A stretch of 64,000 nt of DNA, from the NCBI GenBank assembly GCA_013416795.1, contig RQSC01000004.1, forward strand, positions 500,854 through 564,853. Direction: 5' to 3'. Positions 23,018 to 33,964 of the stretch are shown one piece after another (positions within the stretch are counted from its first letter, which is position 1; each line of letters begins with the position of its first letter). The position numbers and the translations under genes are program-made. Under the pieces are notes generated by a model, which saw nothing but the letters and a program-made list of their open reading frames with translations, searched no databases and was not told the DNA's origin. This DNA comes from Prasinococcaceae sp. CCMP 1430. Its lineage: Eukaryota > Plantae > Prasinodermophyta.

Positions 23018-25963
23018 TCAAGGCGCGCCGCTCGTGTCGGCGATCGCCGCGAGAAAGGTGTCCTTGTGCTGCGTCGGGACGAATTGCTCAAAGCCCGCCA
23101 GCAGCTGGGGAGTGCTGCGCAGCAACGCCACCACGCCCTGCAGCGTGCGCGCGGCCACGCCCGACGTCTCGCCCGCCCTGCCGCCGGCACCGGCACCGAT
23201 AGCTGCATCGCCACCAGAGCTGGCGCGATAGGCCTTCAGCAGACGCTTGAATTGCGCGTAGCCGTCCTTGGGCAGCGCGTCCTTGACACGAGCAATGTAC
23301 GCCACGCCGTCAGATGGCGCGCTCTGTGCCGCGACTTCTCCGGGGCCAGACCGCGCGGGCGCATCCGCCTCAGCTGCAGCTGCGCGCGCCGCCGCGAGCA
23401 GCCCACCCCCTCGTCGCGCCAGTTTGCTGGCGGGGGCACCGGCCGCGACTTGTGACGCCTGTCTGCGCGTGGCATCGCCGGACCCCTTCGCCAGCGCGCC
23501 GGCCAGCTTGTCGTACTCGGCCTGTAGGTTGAGCGCGTTCCCCGCCCTGGGCCCCAGTGGCCGTGCGGCACCTGCATCCCTGTCGCTGTACAGATCGGCG
23601 AGCGAGCCGCCGCCTATCCTCCGCTCGGGCGGCGCGGCGTACTCCCCCTGCTCCTGCCGGGCCTGCTGCTGTCGCATGAACGACGCCATGCCACTGAGAC
23701 CAGCGCCATTGCTCAGGCCGAGCGCCACAGGCGGTGGAGCGCGCGGGCGCGCCGCGACGGTCGCGCCGCTGAGCTGATGGGTCACACGTGCTGACTCGGC
23801 AGGCGCGGCCATGGCGGCCTTGCCCCGCGCTGCCCCGCGCGCCATCGCTTTGAAGAACTTGACCATTGCGCCTTGCGCCTCGCCAAAGGTGCCGAAGGTG
23901 TGCATGTGTGGGCGCAGCCATGCACTCATGTTGGCCTGCACCGCTGGCGAGCCGAAGCGCTCGTCCGCCAGGAGGATGGCGCCGTAGTCGTTTCGGTGGC
24001 GGATGACTCGGCCCACGGCCTGGTTGACGGCACGCATGGCCTGGTCGGAATACCACACGGCACCCGTCAGCCCTCCGCCTTTCCTGCCCGGCGCACTGCT
24101 TCCTCCGATCTCGCCCTTGCTCTTCTTGTCCAGGAAGTCCCGCTTGAGCTGAACCTTAGGGTCGACCTTCGGCGCGTAAGGTATGCCAGTGACCACGACA
24201 CAGCGTCCTGCACGGTCGGCGAAGTCGAGGCCCTCCGACACCTTGCCCCGGCACACAGCGAACATGACGGCACCGCCGCCCCCCGAGTCGAGGGCGGCGT
24301 TGAACTCCGCGAAGACCGCTCCCAGCTCCGACGTCTTTCTGGGCTCGACGAGAGCGTGCTTCTTGCTCGCGATGCGATCCCACTGCCCCCTCTCGCGCCA
24401 GTACTCCACGCAGCTTGCCAGCACGCCGTAGCTGGGAAAGAAAACCAGCATGCCGTCGGGTACCACGCGTGCAAGATTCACCAGGGCGTTGCCGAGCTCC
24501 TCCTTGTAGCTGGGCGTGTCGCGGCTCCTGAAAGAGGAGTTGAGGGGTACGCGCGAGGGGCCCGTAGGCAGCACGCCCACCATCACGTTGGCGGCGTCGA
24601 CCACGTGCGGGTTCTCCAAGCGGACCGGGAAGGGCAGGGCCAGCTCCTGTGCCGTCGACTCCATTGGTGCGAGCGTGCCCGAGGCGAGCACCACGCGGCT
24701 GAGGCCCAGCTCGAGTAGCGGCGCCAGCCCTGCCCCTGGGTTGAAGCACCAGTAGCTCACCACACGCTGCACCGTCACAGCGTCCCGCAGGCTGCCCCCG
24801 TCGCTGCCGCCCGCGCGTGGCATTTCATCGCGCACGTACAGCACGTAGTCGTGCGAGTCGCGCCGAGAGCGCTCGAGCGTGCGAATCGCGCGCGCGACGA
24901 TATCCATGCTGGGCGTTCCGCTGCCCACCGCCGACACGCCACCCAGGTTTGCGGCCTCGGCGGCCGCATCGGCGGCGCCCTCCATGCGCTCTATGAGCAT
25001 GGGCATATTGTCGCTGTCGATGCCAACGTCCACCAGCAAGCGATGCAGGTACACGCCGCGCTCGACGAGGCCCTTGGGGGAGGGTACAGTCAAGGCGGAC
25101 AGCGCGCGCTCAATCGCTTTCAGGACGACCACAAGCTGCTTCGCGTCCTCCGCCCCCGATCTGGCCATCGCGGCCTCCTCGGATGCGTCCGGTACGCCCA
25201 GCTGCTCGCCGTCGGCGGCTTGCTCCGCCGCCTGCGCGATGCGCTCTGCCTCCACGACGGCCGCGGCGAGTGTGGGCACCGGCAAGTCGAAGCTCGCCAC
25301 TTCCGCGCACACGCTCTCGATGTTATGTGCCTCGTCGAATATGACCACCGACGAGTGCCAGTCGATGCCCTTGAGCGCGCGCCTGTTGAGCGGGTCGAGC
25401 AGGTAATGGTATGGCAACAGTACCAGCTCGGCATCCTCGAGGCCCTCGCGGTTGACGAAGTACGGGCACGGCCCTTCCCTCTTGCCAAGCTCGACGAGTT
25501 CTTCGATGTCCATGGGCGGCATCTCGGGCGCCGTGCCCTCTGACTGTTGCGTGACCAGGTTGACGGCTGCACGGTGGTGGCGACACGCGCGCTGGTTCAC
25601 CATCGCCCTGCACGCGTTGTTGAGAGCGGCGCCGCGGAGTCGCCCCACGCTGCTGTGTATGCACGTGTGCTCGCGGCTCGACAGCACCACCGTGCGCGGT
25701 CTGTACCCCGTCTTGCGCAGCTCGCGCACGACCTGCGCGAGCTGCGAGTGCGTGCGGCTCGCGTACAGCACCTTGGTGCCGACCGGCCCACGCCCCTGCG
25801 CCGGCGCGGCGTCCGCCGGGGGGCGCACGTACACGTTTGCGCCCGCCTCCGCCTGCATCCGCTCGTGCGCGGCACGTGCCTGCGCGCGCGCGCGCTCGCG
25901 ACGGTGGCGCTGCCACGCGAGCGACGCGCACAGCAGGCAGAGCGTCTTGCCGGTGCCCGTCGG
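23018..25963 (-). CDS. RTEL1: RTEL1-like Fe-S DNA helicase (XPD family) with C-terminal harmonin-homology-like domain; native N-terminus replaced
   Basis: PTGTGKTLCLLCASLAW, YASRTHSQLAQVVREL, Fe-S cysteines (CIH..ACR..ACR..CPYF), VVIFDEAHNIE, LASGTLAPM, VFFPSY, AVCRGKVSEGLDFAD, NQAVGRVIRHRNDYG, YIARVKDALPKDGYAQFKRLL. Confidence 0.93.
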   Translation of the reverse strand, partial: PTGTGKTLCLLCASLAWQRHRRERARAQARAAHERMQAEAGANVYVRPPADAAPAQGRGPVGTKVLYASRTHSQLAQVVRELRKTGYRPRTVVLSSREHTCIHSSVGRLRGAALNNACRAMVNQRACRHHRAAVNLVTQQSEGTAPEMPPMDIEELVELGKREGPCPYFVNREGLEDAELVLLPYHYLLDPLNRRALKGIDWHSSVVIFDEAHNIESVCAEVASFDLPVPTLAAAVVEAERIAQAAEQAADGEQLGVPDASEEAAMARSGAEDAKQLVVVLKAIERALSALTVPSPKGLVERGVYLHRLLVDVGIDSDNMPMLIERMEGAADAAAEAANLGGVSAVGSGTPSMDIVARAIRTLERSRRDSHDYVLYVRDEMPRAGGSDGGSLRDAVTVQRVVSYWCFNPGAGLAPLLELGLSRVVLASGTLAPMESTAQELALPFPVRLENPHVVDAANVMVGVLPTGPSRVPLNSSFRSRDTPSYKEELGNALVNLARVVPDGMLVFFPSYGVLASCVEYWRERGQWDRIASKKHALVEPRKTSELGAVFAEFNAALDSGGGGAVMFAVCRGKVSEGLDFADRAGRCVVVTGIPYAPKVDPKVQLKRDFLDKKSKGEIGGSSAPGRKGGGLTGAVWYSDQAMRAVNQAVGRVIRHRNDYGAILLADERFGSPAVQANMSAWLRPHMHTFGTFGEAQGAMVKFFKAMARGAARGKAAMAAPAESARVTHQLSGATVAARPRAPPPVALGLSNGAGLSGMASFMRQQQARQEQGEYAAPPERRIGGGSLADLYSDRDAGAARPLGPRAGNALNLQAEYDKLAGALAKGSGDATRRQASQVAAGAPASKLARRGGGLLAAARAAAAEADAPARSGPGEVAAQSAPSDGVAYIARVKDALPKDGYAQFKRLLKAYRASSGGDAAIGAGAGGRAGETSGVAARTLQGVVALLRSTPQLLAGFEQFVPTQHKDTFLAAIADTSGAP

Positions 25964-26400
25964 GCCGTTGATCAGCACGGTGATGTCGGATGCGGCGACG
26001 CGCTCGGCCAGCGCGAGCAGTGCCAGGCTCTCGGGATCGGCGGCGACGGGCTCGTGCGGGCCGCGCAGCAGCGCGGTCGCGAAGCCGGCACCGACCGCGG
26101 CGTCGTCCGAGGTATAGGAAAGGCGGGCGGGGTTGCCGTCGCCGAACGCGATCGCCTGGCGGCCTTCGTCGCCGAGGATCAGCGTGCGCGCGGCGGCCGG
26201 GGGCACTTCGCCTTCCGCCACCAGGAACAGGTCATGCGCGCTCGCGCGGCCGTCCTCGCCCGCGCCGATCGCAAAGCCCTGGGCCCGCAGCGACGAGACG
26301 AGCGCATATTTCTGGCGAAGCACGGCGGCCGACGGAAGGATGGATCGCATTGTTACCCCCTGAGACACATCCCCTTTTGAGACTAATCTGGTTAACGACG
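25946..26400 (-). other. Bacterial (sphingomonad-like) fragment: 5' UTR and N-terminus of a flagellar sigma-54-dependent (FlrA/FleQ-type) activator, fused to RTEL1
   Basis: PVAADPESLALLALAERVAASDITVLINGPTGTGK is the start of a bacterial enhancer-binding AAA+ domain; ATG at 26350 is preceded at 5 nt by a Shine-Dalgarno-like AGGGGG; no intron signals. Confidence 0.8.
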
Positions 26401-26796
26401 CGTAAAATTGCCCATTTCGAGACCGCTTTGGTCCGGGCGCGTCTACGCGTGCGCACGTAGAGCCGAAATTTTTCGCTTAAGCTGCGCGCGCGCCGCGTGG
26501 CGCTCGCCCTCCCGCTCTCCCCCTCCCCCTCCCTCGCGCGCACTCGCATTCGCGCCTGCCGCCGCCACCGGAACGCCGGCGCGCGCGCGAATTCGTACGG
26601 CGGTCGGCGGCAGAGGGTGCGATATTTGGGGTTTATGTTTAGGGTTGTGAAAGTGCCCCTTTTACTGCAACGCGACCCGCGCGCGAATTGGGCGCGGGTT
26701 GGAAACTCGAATTGCGTTTGCTTTTCGAAACTGCGTTACCGGTACGCGTTTTTTTTTCTGTTGCGCACGGGCTGTTGTGGGTTCGGCGGGGCGGTG

Positions 26797-29700
26797 ATGG
26801 ACGCAGCGCGGCGGGGCGCGACGCGCGGCGACGCGGGGGGGACCACAGAGCGCGCGCGGGAGGGGGGGGGGCGCGCCGGCGGCCGGGCGCCGGGTGCCGA
26901 CCGCCCTCCTTCCGCGCGAAGCCGCGCGGAGCCCGCGGAGCCCACGCGCAAGCTCGGTCCGAAACGCGGCTTGACCGTTTCGAGCATGGCGTCCGGCGAG
27001 GAGATGAGCATCGGCTTCGACGGGATGAAGAAGCTGCGCAACCTGGGCCGCCGCTTGCGGAGCAAGCTGGACAGCGGCGCCGAAGGCGCCGAAGGCGGTG
27101 GCGGAGGGGGTGGAGGAGGTGGAGGAGGCGGAGGTGCGCGGGGTCACCCGCGCGGGCGGCCGTATACGGGCGGGGCGGGCGGCGGGACGAGCGGAGCGGC
27201 GCAGCGCAGCGCGGCGGCCATCGCGGCTGCCGCGTCCGCCGACGCAGCCGCCAGGGAGGACGAGCTCAAGCGCCTTCGAGCGCGTGTGGAGCAGCTCGCG
27301 ACGGCCAACGAGGCGCTCGAGCGATACGCCGCCGACACGCGCGCGGCAGCCACGGCGATGGCCGCCGACGCGGCAGCGGGTGCGCCAGGCGCTGGCGCGG
27401 GGCGCGGGGTGGGCAGCGACGAGTCCCTGCGGCGCGCGAAGCAAGCGCTCAAAGACCAGGAGGCCGAGCTGTGGCGCCAGGGCGAGGAGCTCGAGGAGCG
27501 TGAGGAGGCGCTCGACGCGCGCGAGCGCGAGCTTGCTGCGCGCGAGCGCGAGGTGAGGCAGGCGAAGGCGCAGGGCGCGCCTCCAGGCGCGGGCGGCGCG
27601 AACGGGGCCGGCGCCGGCGGCGGTGCCTCCGAGGACGTTCTCCAGAAGAAGATGGTGAAGCTCAAAGCCTTCGAAGCCGAACTTCGATCGCGGCAGGAGA
27701 AACAGCGCGCGGCGGACGCGGAGCTGAAGCGGCGCGCGGCCGCCGCCGCGGAGAGCGCGGCTGCGGAGGCGCGGCGCATTGAGTCCACGCGCGACCAGCT
27801 CGACGCGCGCGAGGCCGACCTCAGCGCGCGCGAGGAGGCCGCTGGCGTGGCGCATCGCGAGATCGGGGAGAGGAGCGCGGCTCTCGACGCGCGCGCGCGC
27901 ACGCTGGACGAGCGGCAGTCAGAGCTCGAGGTGGAGAGAACGACCATGACCGAAAGCACTCGCGGCCTGCGCAGTGACCTGCAGCAGCTGGATGAGCGCC
28001 TCGCCAGCGGGGCCGCCGAGGCGGAGCGCGCCGCTGACGCGGCTCGCGAGCGTGTTGAGGCGCTCGAGGCGCAACTCGCTCGCGCGCAAGCGGAAATCGA
28101 TGCACTTCGTGCAGAGCGCGCGTTGCGGGAGGCAGCGTCCGCTCGTGCCGCGGCACTCCCGACGCCCGAGGCGCAGTCCGAGGAAATGAACGAGCCGCAG
28201 GGCGACTGGGGCGACGGTGACGACGGCCTCGATGTGGCGCTGCTCGATGCCGAGGCCGCAGGCGCACCCGACGTCGTCGGCGGAGGATCCCACGAGGACC
28301 ACGCGCAAACGGCGCTGCAGCGCAAGGTCGACGAAGCGGAGGGCGAAGCCGCAGCGCTGCGCGCCCGCGTCGACGAGCTCGAGGCACAACTCGAGACTAT
28401 GCCCCTCGAGGGCTCGCAGCAGCAGGTCCAGGCCGAGGAGGAGCATATCGCACGCGTAGCCAAGCTGGAGGCGGAGCTGTCGAGCGCCGTCGCCGAGTCG
28501 AATGCGCGCGCGGAGCGCGTAGCGGCGCTCGAGAGGGAGCTCGCCGAGGCATCCGGTGCGTCGGACGCACGCGCGTCTGATCTCGAGGCAAAGCTAGCCG
28601 AGGCACTCCATGCGAACGGCGAACGTATCAGCGAGCTCGAGGGCGCGCTCGCGGGGGCGTCGGAGGGCAGCGCGGAGCGGAGCGAGCGCGTCACTGAGCT
28701 CGAAACAGCCCTTGAGTCGTCTCGCGCAGAGGCATCCCTGGAGCTCGCAGATCGCTCGCGCCAAATTGAGGAGCTCGAGGCAAAGCTTGCGGAGGCGTCC
28801 GAAGAGCTGGGGTCCACCGAGCAGTCCAAGCGCTCGCAGCACGCTCGCGTGGCTGAGCTTGAGACGCAGCTGGCGCAACTCCAGGCTTCAACAACAGAGG
28901 CTGGCGCCGAGAGCGTCGCGCGCGTCAGCGCGCTCGAGGCGCGGCTGCAGGCCGCGCTCGGCGAGACAGCAGAGCAAAGCGAGCGGGTCGGCGCACTGGA
29001 GACAGATCTTCGCCGCGCGATGGAGCGCGCAGACGAGCTCGAGGGGGAGGCGGCGGCCGCGAGCGAGCGAGCGCGCGAGGCGGAGCGTGCAGTCGCTGCG
29101 GCTCAGGAGCGCGCCGAGTCGGCCGAGAAGTCGACGTCCCAGGCAGAAGCGGCGCTCGCGAGCTCCGAGGCGGCGCTGACGAGCGCGCGCGCGGACATGG
29201 CGCGTGCCGCAGAGGCGGCGACGAGCTCTGTCAGTGCCGCTGACGAGCGCGCGCTGGAAGCAATCGCCAAGCGGCGGGACGCCGAGAGTGCCGCGGAAGG
29301 GGTGGCCGAGGCGCACGCCGAGGAGCTCCAGGCGCTGCGCGACGAGCTCGGCGCGGCTCGGGCGCAGGCTGCCGAGTCGGAGCGCACCCTACGGGCGGCG
29401 GCTGACGGCGAGCGCGCCGCCACGATCGAGGCGGCGGCGCGCGCCGACCGCGCGGAGGAGGCGCTGCGCGCCACTGAGGCGTCCCTGGCCGCGGAGCGCG
29501 AATCTGGCGCGCAGCGCGAGGAGAGCATTGCACGCGCCCTCGATGAGTCCGATCGCTTGCAGCGGGAGCTCGAGGGCGCCACGGCGCGCGCCGAGGCGCT
29601 CGAGGGCGAGCTTGCTGGGGAGCGGGCGCGCGCTGCCGAGCGGGGCGCGGAGCTTGAGGCAGCGCACGCCGCTGCCACCGAAGAAATAGCGACGCTCGAG

Positions 29701-30506
29701 GAGGCCTCGCTCAAGCGTCTGGCGGCGCAAAAGAACAAATTCCACCGCGAGAGGGACACGGCCGCGCAGGCCGCCGCCGCCGCCGCCGAGGAGGCGCGCG
29801 CCGCGCAGGCGACTGCCGACGAGGCGCGCCGCGCGGCGGAGACCGATTCCGCCATGCCATCGACGCGGCTGACAATGCCGCGCGCTTCGTAGATGGGCAG
29901 AATGGGCGCGGTCTTGCCGCGATATTCGGCCATGCGGGTGCGCACCGTCTCTTCGTTATCGTCGGGGCGCCGTTTGGGCAGAAACTCTTTTCCGCAATTA
30001 TCGCAGATCATCGGAAACTCACCTGTGAGCGTCTCCGGTGGACCAGCAATAACGACGGTCTCAATTTTAGGGCGCTTATGTTTGTCGTGATAGCCCTCCC
30101 CGCAATGAGGGCAGCTAAAGCGGCCGGTGATGCGGTCGACCAGCGCGTCCTCATCCACCTCCAGTTCGATGACATGGTCGAGCGTGCGGCCGCGCGCGCC
30201 GAGGCGGCAACGACGGTCGACGACGCAGGGGCGGAGGCGGCGAAGGCGCGCGCGGAGTGCACGCTCGCGCGCGAGGAGCTCGGGCGTGCGCTCGCCGAGG
30301 CAGAGAGCGCGCGCGCTGAGCGCGACGCAGCCGAGGCGCGCCTGCAGGACAAGGCGCGCGAGGCGGGCATCCTGGAGGACCTGCTGCACTCGGTGCGCAA
30401 GGAAGGCGCCATGAGGGAGGCCGCCGAGGCCGCCGCGATCCCCTCCCTGCCCTCTGCCCTCGCGAGCTATCTGCCCTCGGGATTTTTCTCCCCGTCGTCG
30501 TCTTAG
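26797..30506 (+). CDS. Long coiled-coil protein (golgin/myosin-tail-like), interrupted by a bacterial insert at ~29847-30194; start may be 26986
   Basis: About 1000 aa of E/A/R/L heptads (ELEAQL, RISELEGAL, ERVGALETDL); heptads resume after the insert (AKARAECTLAREELGRALAEAE..LEDLLHSVRKE). Confidence 0.75.
29847..30194 (-). other. adk: Bacterial (alphaproteobacterial) adenylate kinase internal fragment, LID domain and C-terminal half, antisense within the coiled-coil gene
   Basis: RGRTLDHVIELEVDEDALVDRITGRFSCPHCGEGYHD..CDNC..KRRPDDNEETVRTRMAEYRGKTAPILPIYEARGIVSRVDGMA; no start or stop of its own. Confidence 0.88.
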
Positions 30507-30858
30507 TGCGCGCACGTGGGTGGGCCGGTGCGGGAAAGGCCAGCGTGCTTGCGCGTGTGCGAGGCTGCGCCCTCGCCTGCGATGCGCCCTTGGCGGCGCC
30601 GGGTGGTGGGGAAATCTGACGCGACAATAAATACGTGGGAGAAGTTATGAAATACATACTACGGGCCCACGCAGCGTGGGCGGCTTGGGTCTTCTCGTGC
30701 GGCAGTGCAGCTTGGCGTGGGGTGCAGTAGATGCATGCGGTAGGCTATGACGGCATGCGCCCCCCTCGCTCTTCGTCGATTATCCCTCTTCGTTGTCGGG
30801 TTCTCGCGCGGACAAAGAAAGGTTTGGGCTCGCGCGTGTGCGAGGCGGTGCTTTTCCG

Positions 30859-33558
30859 TCACATCGGGCAGTGGCCAATCCATTCCTCCTCTGCGGTGCG
30901 CCCTGCGCAGTCCATGCAGCAGCAGTCCTTCGCGATGAGGCAGTGCTCGTCACAGTAGCACGTGACGCCTTTGTACTTCTGGCAGTGCGTGCACCCGGAT
31001 GGACACCACTCCTCGGGGATGGGCAAGGAATCCTCGTGGTTTGGGCAGTGCATCGCCGTGGGCTCGGATGCAGCCGCACTGTCGCGCGGGCTCGTCGGAG
31101 CGTCGGTAGGCACGAAGCGCCCGCCGGGCGCGTCGGTCGGAATCACGGGCGACTCGCTCGGCACGACGCGACCGCCGGGCGCGTCCGTCGGCGTGATCGG
31201 CGACTTGGTGGGCGGGACGACTGGTGCCTCGGTCTGGGGGTCAGTCGGGCGCCCTCCGGGCGCGTCTGTCGGAATCACGGGCGACTCGCTCGGCACGACG
31301 CGACCGCCGGGCGCGTCCGTCGGCGTGATCGGCGACTTGGTGGGCGGGACGACTGGTGCCTCGGTCTGGGGGTCAGTCGGGCGCCCTCCGGGCGCGTCTG
31401 TCGGAATCACGGGCGACTCGCTTGGCACGACGCGCCCGCCGGGCGCGTCCGTAGGCGTGATGGGCGACTTGGTTGGCGGCACGACTGGTGCTTCAGTTTG
31501 GCGGTCAGTCGGGCGCCCTCCGGGCGCGTCTGTTGGAGTAACGGGCGACTCGCTTGGCACGACGCGCCCGCCCGGCGCGTCCGTTGGTGCGGTGACGGGG
31601 GCGTCGCTCCGAGCAAGCGCAGTCGGCATGTGCGTGGGTGTGTCGATCGGAACGGGCGCCGTCGGAGCGGGCGTCGGTTTGACGAAGTCGTTTGCACCGA
31701 AAGACGTAGTTGGCCTGGGCGTGGTTGGCGCGGGCGTGGGCGCTGAGGTGATCTGGTCTTCCACGTCTGGCACTGCCTCGGGGCCCAGCGCGGGGATGCC
31801 GACGGATCCGAAATTGAGCAGATCCTCATCGATGGCGTCCAGGAAGATGTTCACCCCGTCCTCATCGCCCCCGGGCCCCGGCGCGGGCGCGGGCACGGCG
31901 GCGGCCTCCGATGGCGACTTCAGCTGTGCGTCGATGGACTCCACTGCGTGCACCGAGGCTGGAGTCGGCTCTCCCAATGCAGGGGCCGGCAGCGGCGACG
32001 GGCCTGGCGCCGGAGCGGGCAGCGGCGACGGGCCTGGCGCCGGAGCGGGCAGCGGCGACGGGCCTGGCGACGGTTGGCGACGGCGCGGGCAGCGGCGACG
32101 GGCCTGGCGCCGGCGCTGGCGCAGGCGCGGGCCCGGGCTGCGGCAGCGGCTCTCGCTCGGGCGCAGGTTGCGGGAGCGACGCGCTCGCGTCGCCCGTTCC
32201 GATCAGCGCTTCATCGATGGCGGACACCGCCTCACTTTGGTCGTCGTCGTCCGAGGCGTCGCACGTAACCGCGCACGCAGTCATTGCCGCCGCTGGCGTC
32301 GGCTGCACCGACGAATACTCGCCCGCGTCGCACTGTGGTTCCGCATCGAGGACGGGCACGAGCGACAGCATGAGCGGCTGCGTGCTCGTGCCGTACTCAA
32401 GGAAGGCGCCCGTGTCCGTTGCGATCTCCTCGCCTGCACTGTTGTCGGCCATGAACTGAAGCGCGAGCGTGTAGTTCGCGCCGTCCGAAAGCGTGACATA
32501 CGGCGCGGGCGCGAGCGCCTCGCCGATGGTGAGGCCATCCGCGCACGCGGCTGGCAGTCCCGGCATTTGCTTGTCGCCGAGCGGATTGCCGTAAGGGCAT
32601 CCGCGCGAGAAGCGGTTGGGGTCGTTCTCGGTCTCGTGGTGGGAGAGCGGGAAGATGTACGAGTAGCGCTGCGCGGGTTGGCCGTCCGCGTCGCCGGGCT
32701 GCGTGATCTCGAGCGTGACGTTGAGGGCCATGGCCACCAGCGTAGGCAGAGCCTCCGTGGGCCAGTTGGCCATGCTGATCGCGCCCATCGGCACTCGCCG
32801 CGTCTCGCGCGCGCAGTCGGCGCGCGAGCTGTGCGAGCGCGCCGAGGGGGCGCGAACGCCCGGCAGCGCCGTCTGCGCAGAGGCGTCCGCCACCACGCGA
32901 TACGTGTTGCGCATGGAGCTACCGGCGACGGGCTGCCCCCAGGTGAGCGACGTGGCCTCCTCAGCGTTGGGCTCGTACAGAGGCGGGCTGCTGGCAGCCA
33001 TCGACAGGGGCAGCTGCACGGCCCCTAAGATGTGCGCGGAGAGCACGCGCACCTCGCCCAGGCAGCACGCGCCAAAGAGGCTGTTGTAGCCTATGAGGTC
33101 GACGGAGCCGGTACCGCCCACCAGGTCCTCGTCGATGGAGCTGGCGGCCGCAATGTCGTTGTTGGCCGGCAACACTGTTTGTGGGTTAGTGAGGGGGGGG
33201 GGATGGGGTCATGCGCGATGGGATGCACGCGTCGCGGAAGCCTGGAGTCAGCGCGCGCGGAGCGTCCTTTCAGTCTGGCCAGGCAAAGCGCGCGACGCGA
33301 TGCCCGCGACAGAGTGCAGGGATTTTCGCCAGGGGTGAATGCACAACGAGTGGTGCGAAGACACGCAAGGAGCGCGCGACGAGTAAGTAGGTGCGCACCG
33401 TGCTCCTCGGCGACGACGACGAGGCCTCCGAAAGGCACCTGCGGGGCCGCACTTTCGGCCATCGCGCGCGGCGCTGCCAGCAGGATCGCGCACGACCCGC
33501 CGGCGGCCGCCAGTGCGAACCGCGCGAACGAGGGGGTGCCATTGCCGCGCGGCGCCAT
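30859..33558 (-). CDS. Secreted mucin-like Pro/Thr-rich protein with C-terminal somatomedin-B-like Cys cluster; exons 33558-33399 and 33174-30859; apparent +1 frameshift at ~32070-32087
   Basis: Signal-like FARFALAAAGGSCAILLAAPRAMA; phase-1 intron gives EEH|VLPANND; globular Cys-containing domain; PAPGPSPLPA and PTDAPGG repeats; CTHCQKYKGVTCYCDEHCLIAKDCCC. Confidence 0.75.
31110..31590 (-). repeat. Coding tandem repeat, 132-bp (44-aa) unit, ~3.5 copies
   Basis: Equivalent positions recur at 31141, 31273, 31405 and 31537; unit PTDAPGGRVVPSESPVIPTDAPGGRPTDPQTEAPVVPPTKSPIT. Confidence 0.95.
31988..32117 (-). repeat. Coding tandem repeat, 30-bp unit (PAPGPSPLPA), 4 copies, third copy 10 nt too long
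   Basis: ggcagcggcgacgggcctggcg starts at 31988, 32018, 32048 and 32088. Confidence 0.9.
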
Positions 33559-33792
33559 TGCCGCCGCCTCTCGCCCGTGTCCCTCCTGATGCTTCGACGC
33601 CCTCCTCCTCCGTGCGCGAGCGGAGGCGCCGCCGCCGTGCTCGTTCAATCGCTGCCGCCAACCGACGCAGTGTGTGGCGGCGCGCGCTGCCGCGCGCTGT
33701 CTGCCCGTCGCGCGCGGTGTGGCAGGGCGCGCGCCGCTCGGCACCCGGTGGCGGCGCGCAGCCCCATCCCCCTTTCCCACCCCGTCCCGTGC

Positions 33793-33964
33793 NNNNNNNN
33801 NNNNNNNNNNNNNNNNNNNNNNNNNNNNNNNNNNNNNNNNNNNNNNNNNNNNNNNNNNNNNNNNNNNNNNNNNNNNNNNNNNNNNNNNNNNNNNNNNNNN
33901 NNNNNNNNNNNNNNNNNNNNNNNNNNNNNNNNNNNNNNNNNNNNNNNNNNNNNNNNNNNNNNNN
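33793..33964. other. Assembly gap (N-run); other N-runs at ~53158-53727, ~55064-55211 and ~58462-58539 (followed by poly-G); single n at 1008, ~44243, ~50395 and 62347
   Basis: Direct reading of the sequence and X residues in the ORF track. Confidence 0.98.

Noticed and set aside
31110-32117. Tandem repeats as a possible CRISPR array
   Set aside because: Units are contiguous, multiples of three, lack unique spacers and encode Pro/Thr repeats; no cas genes.
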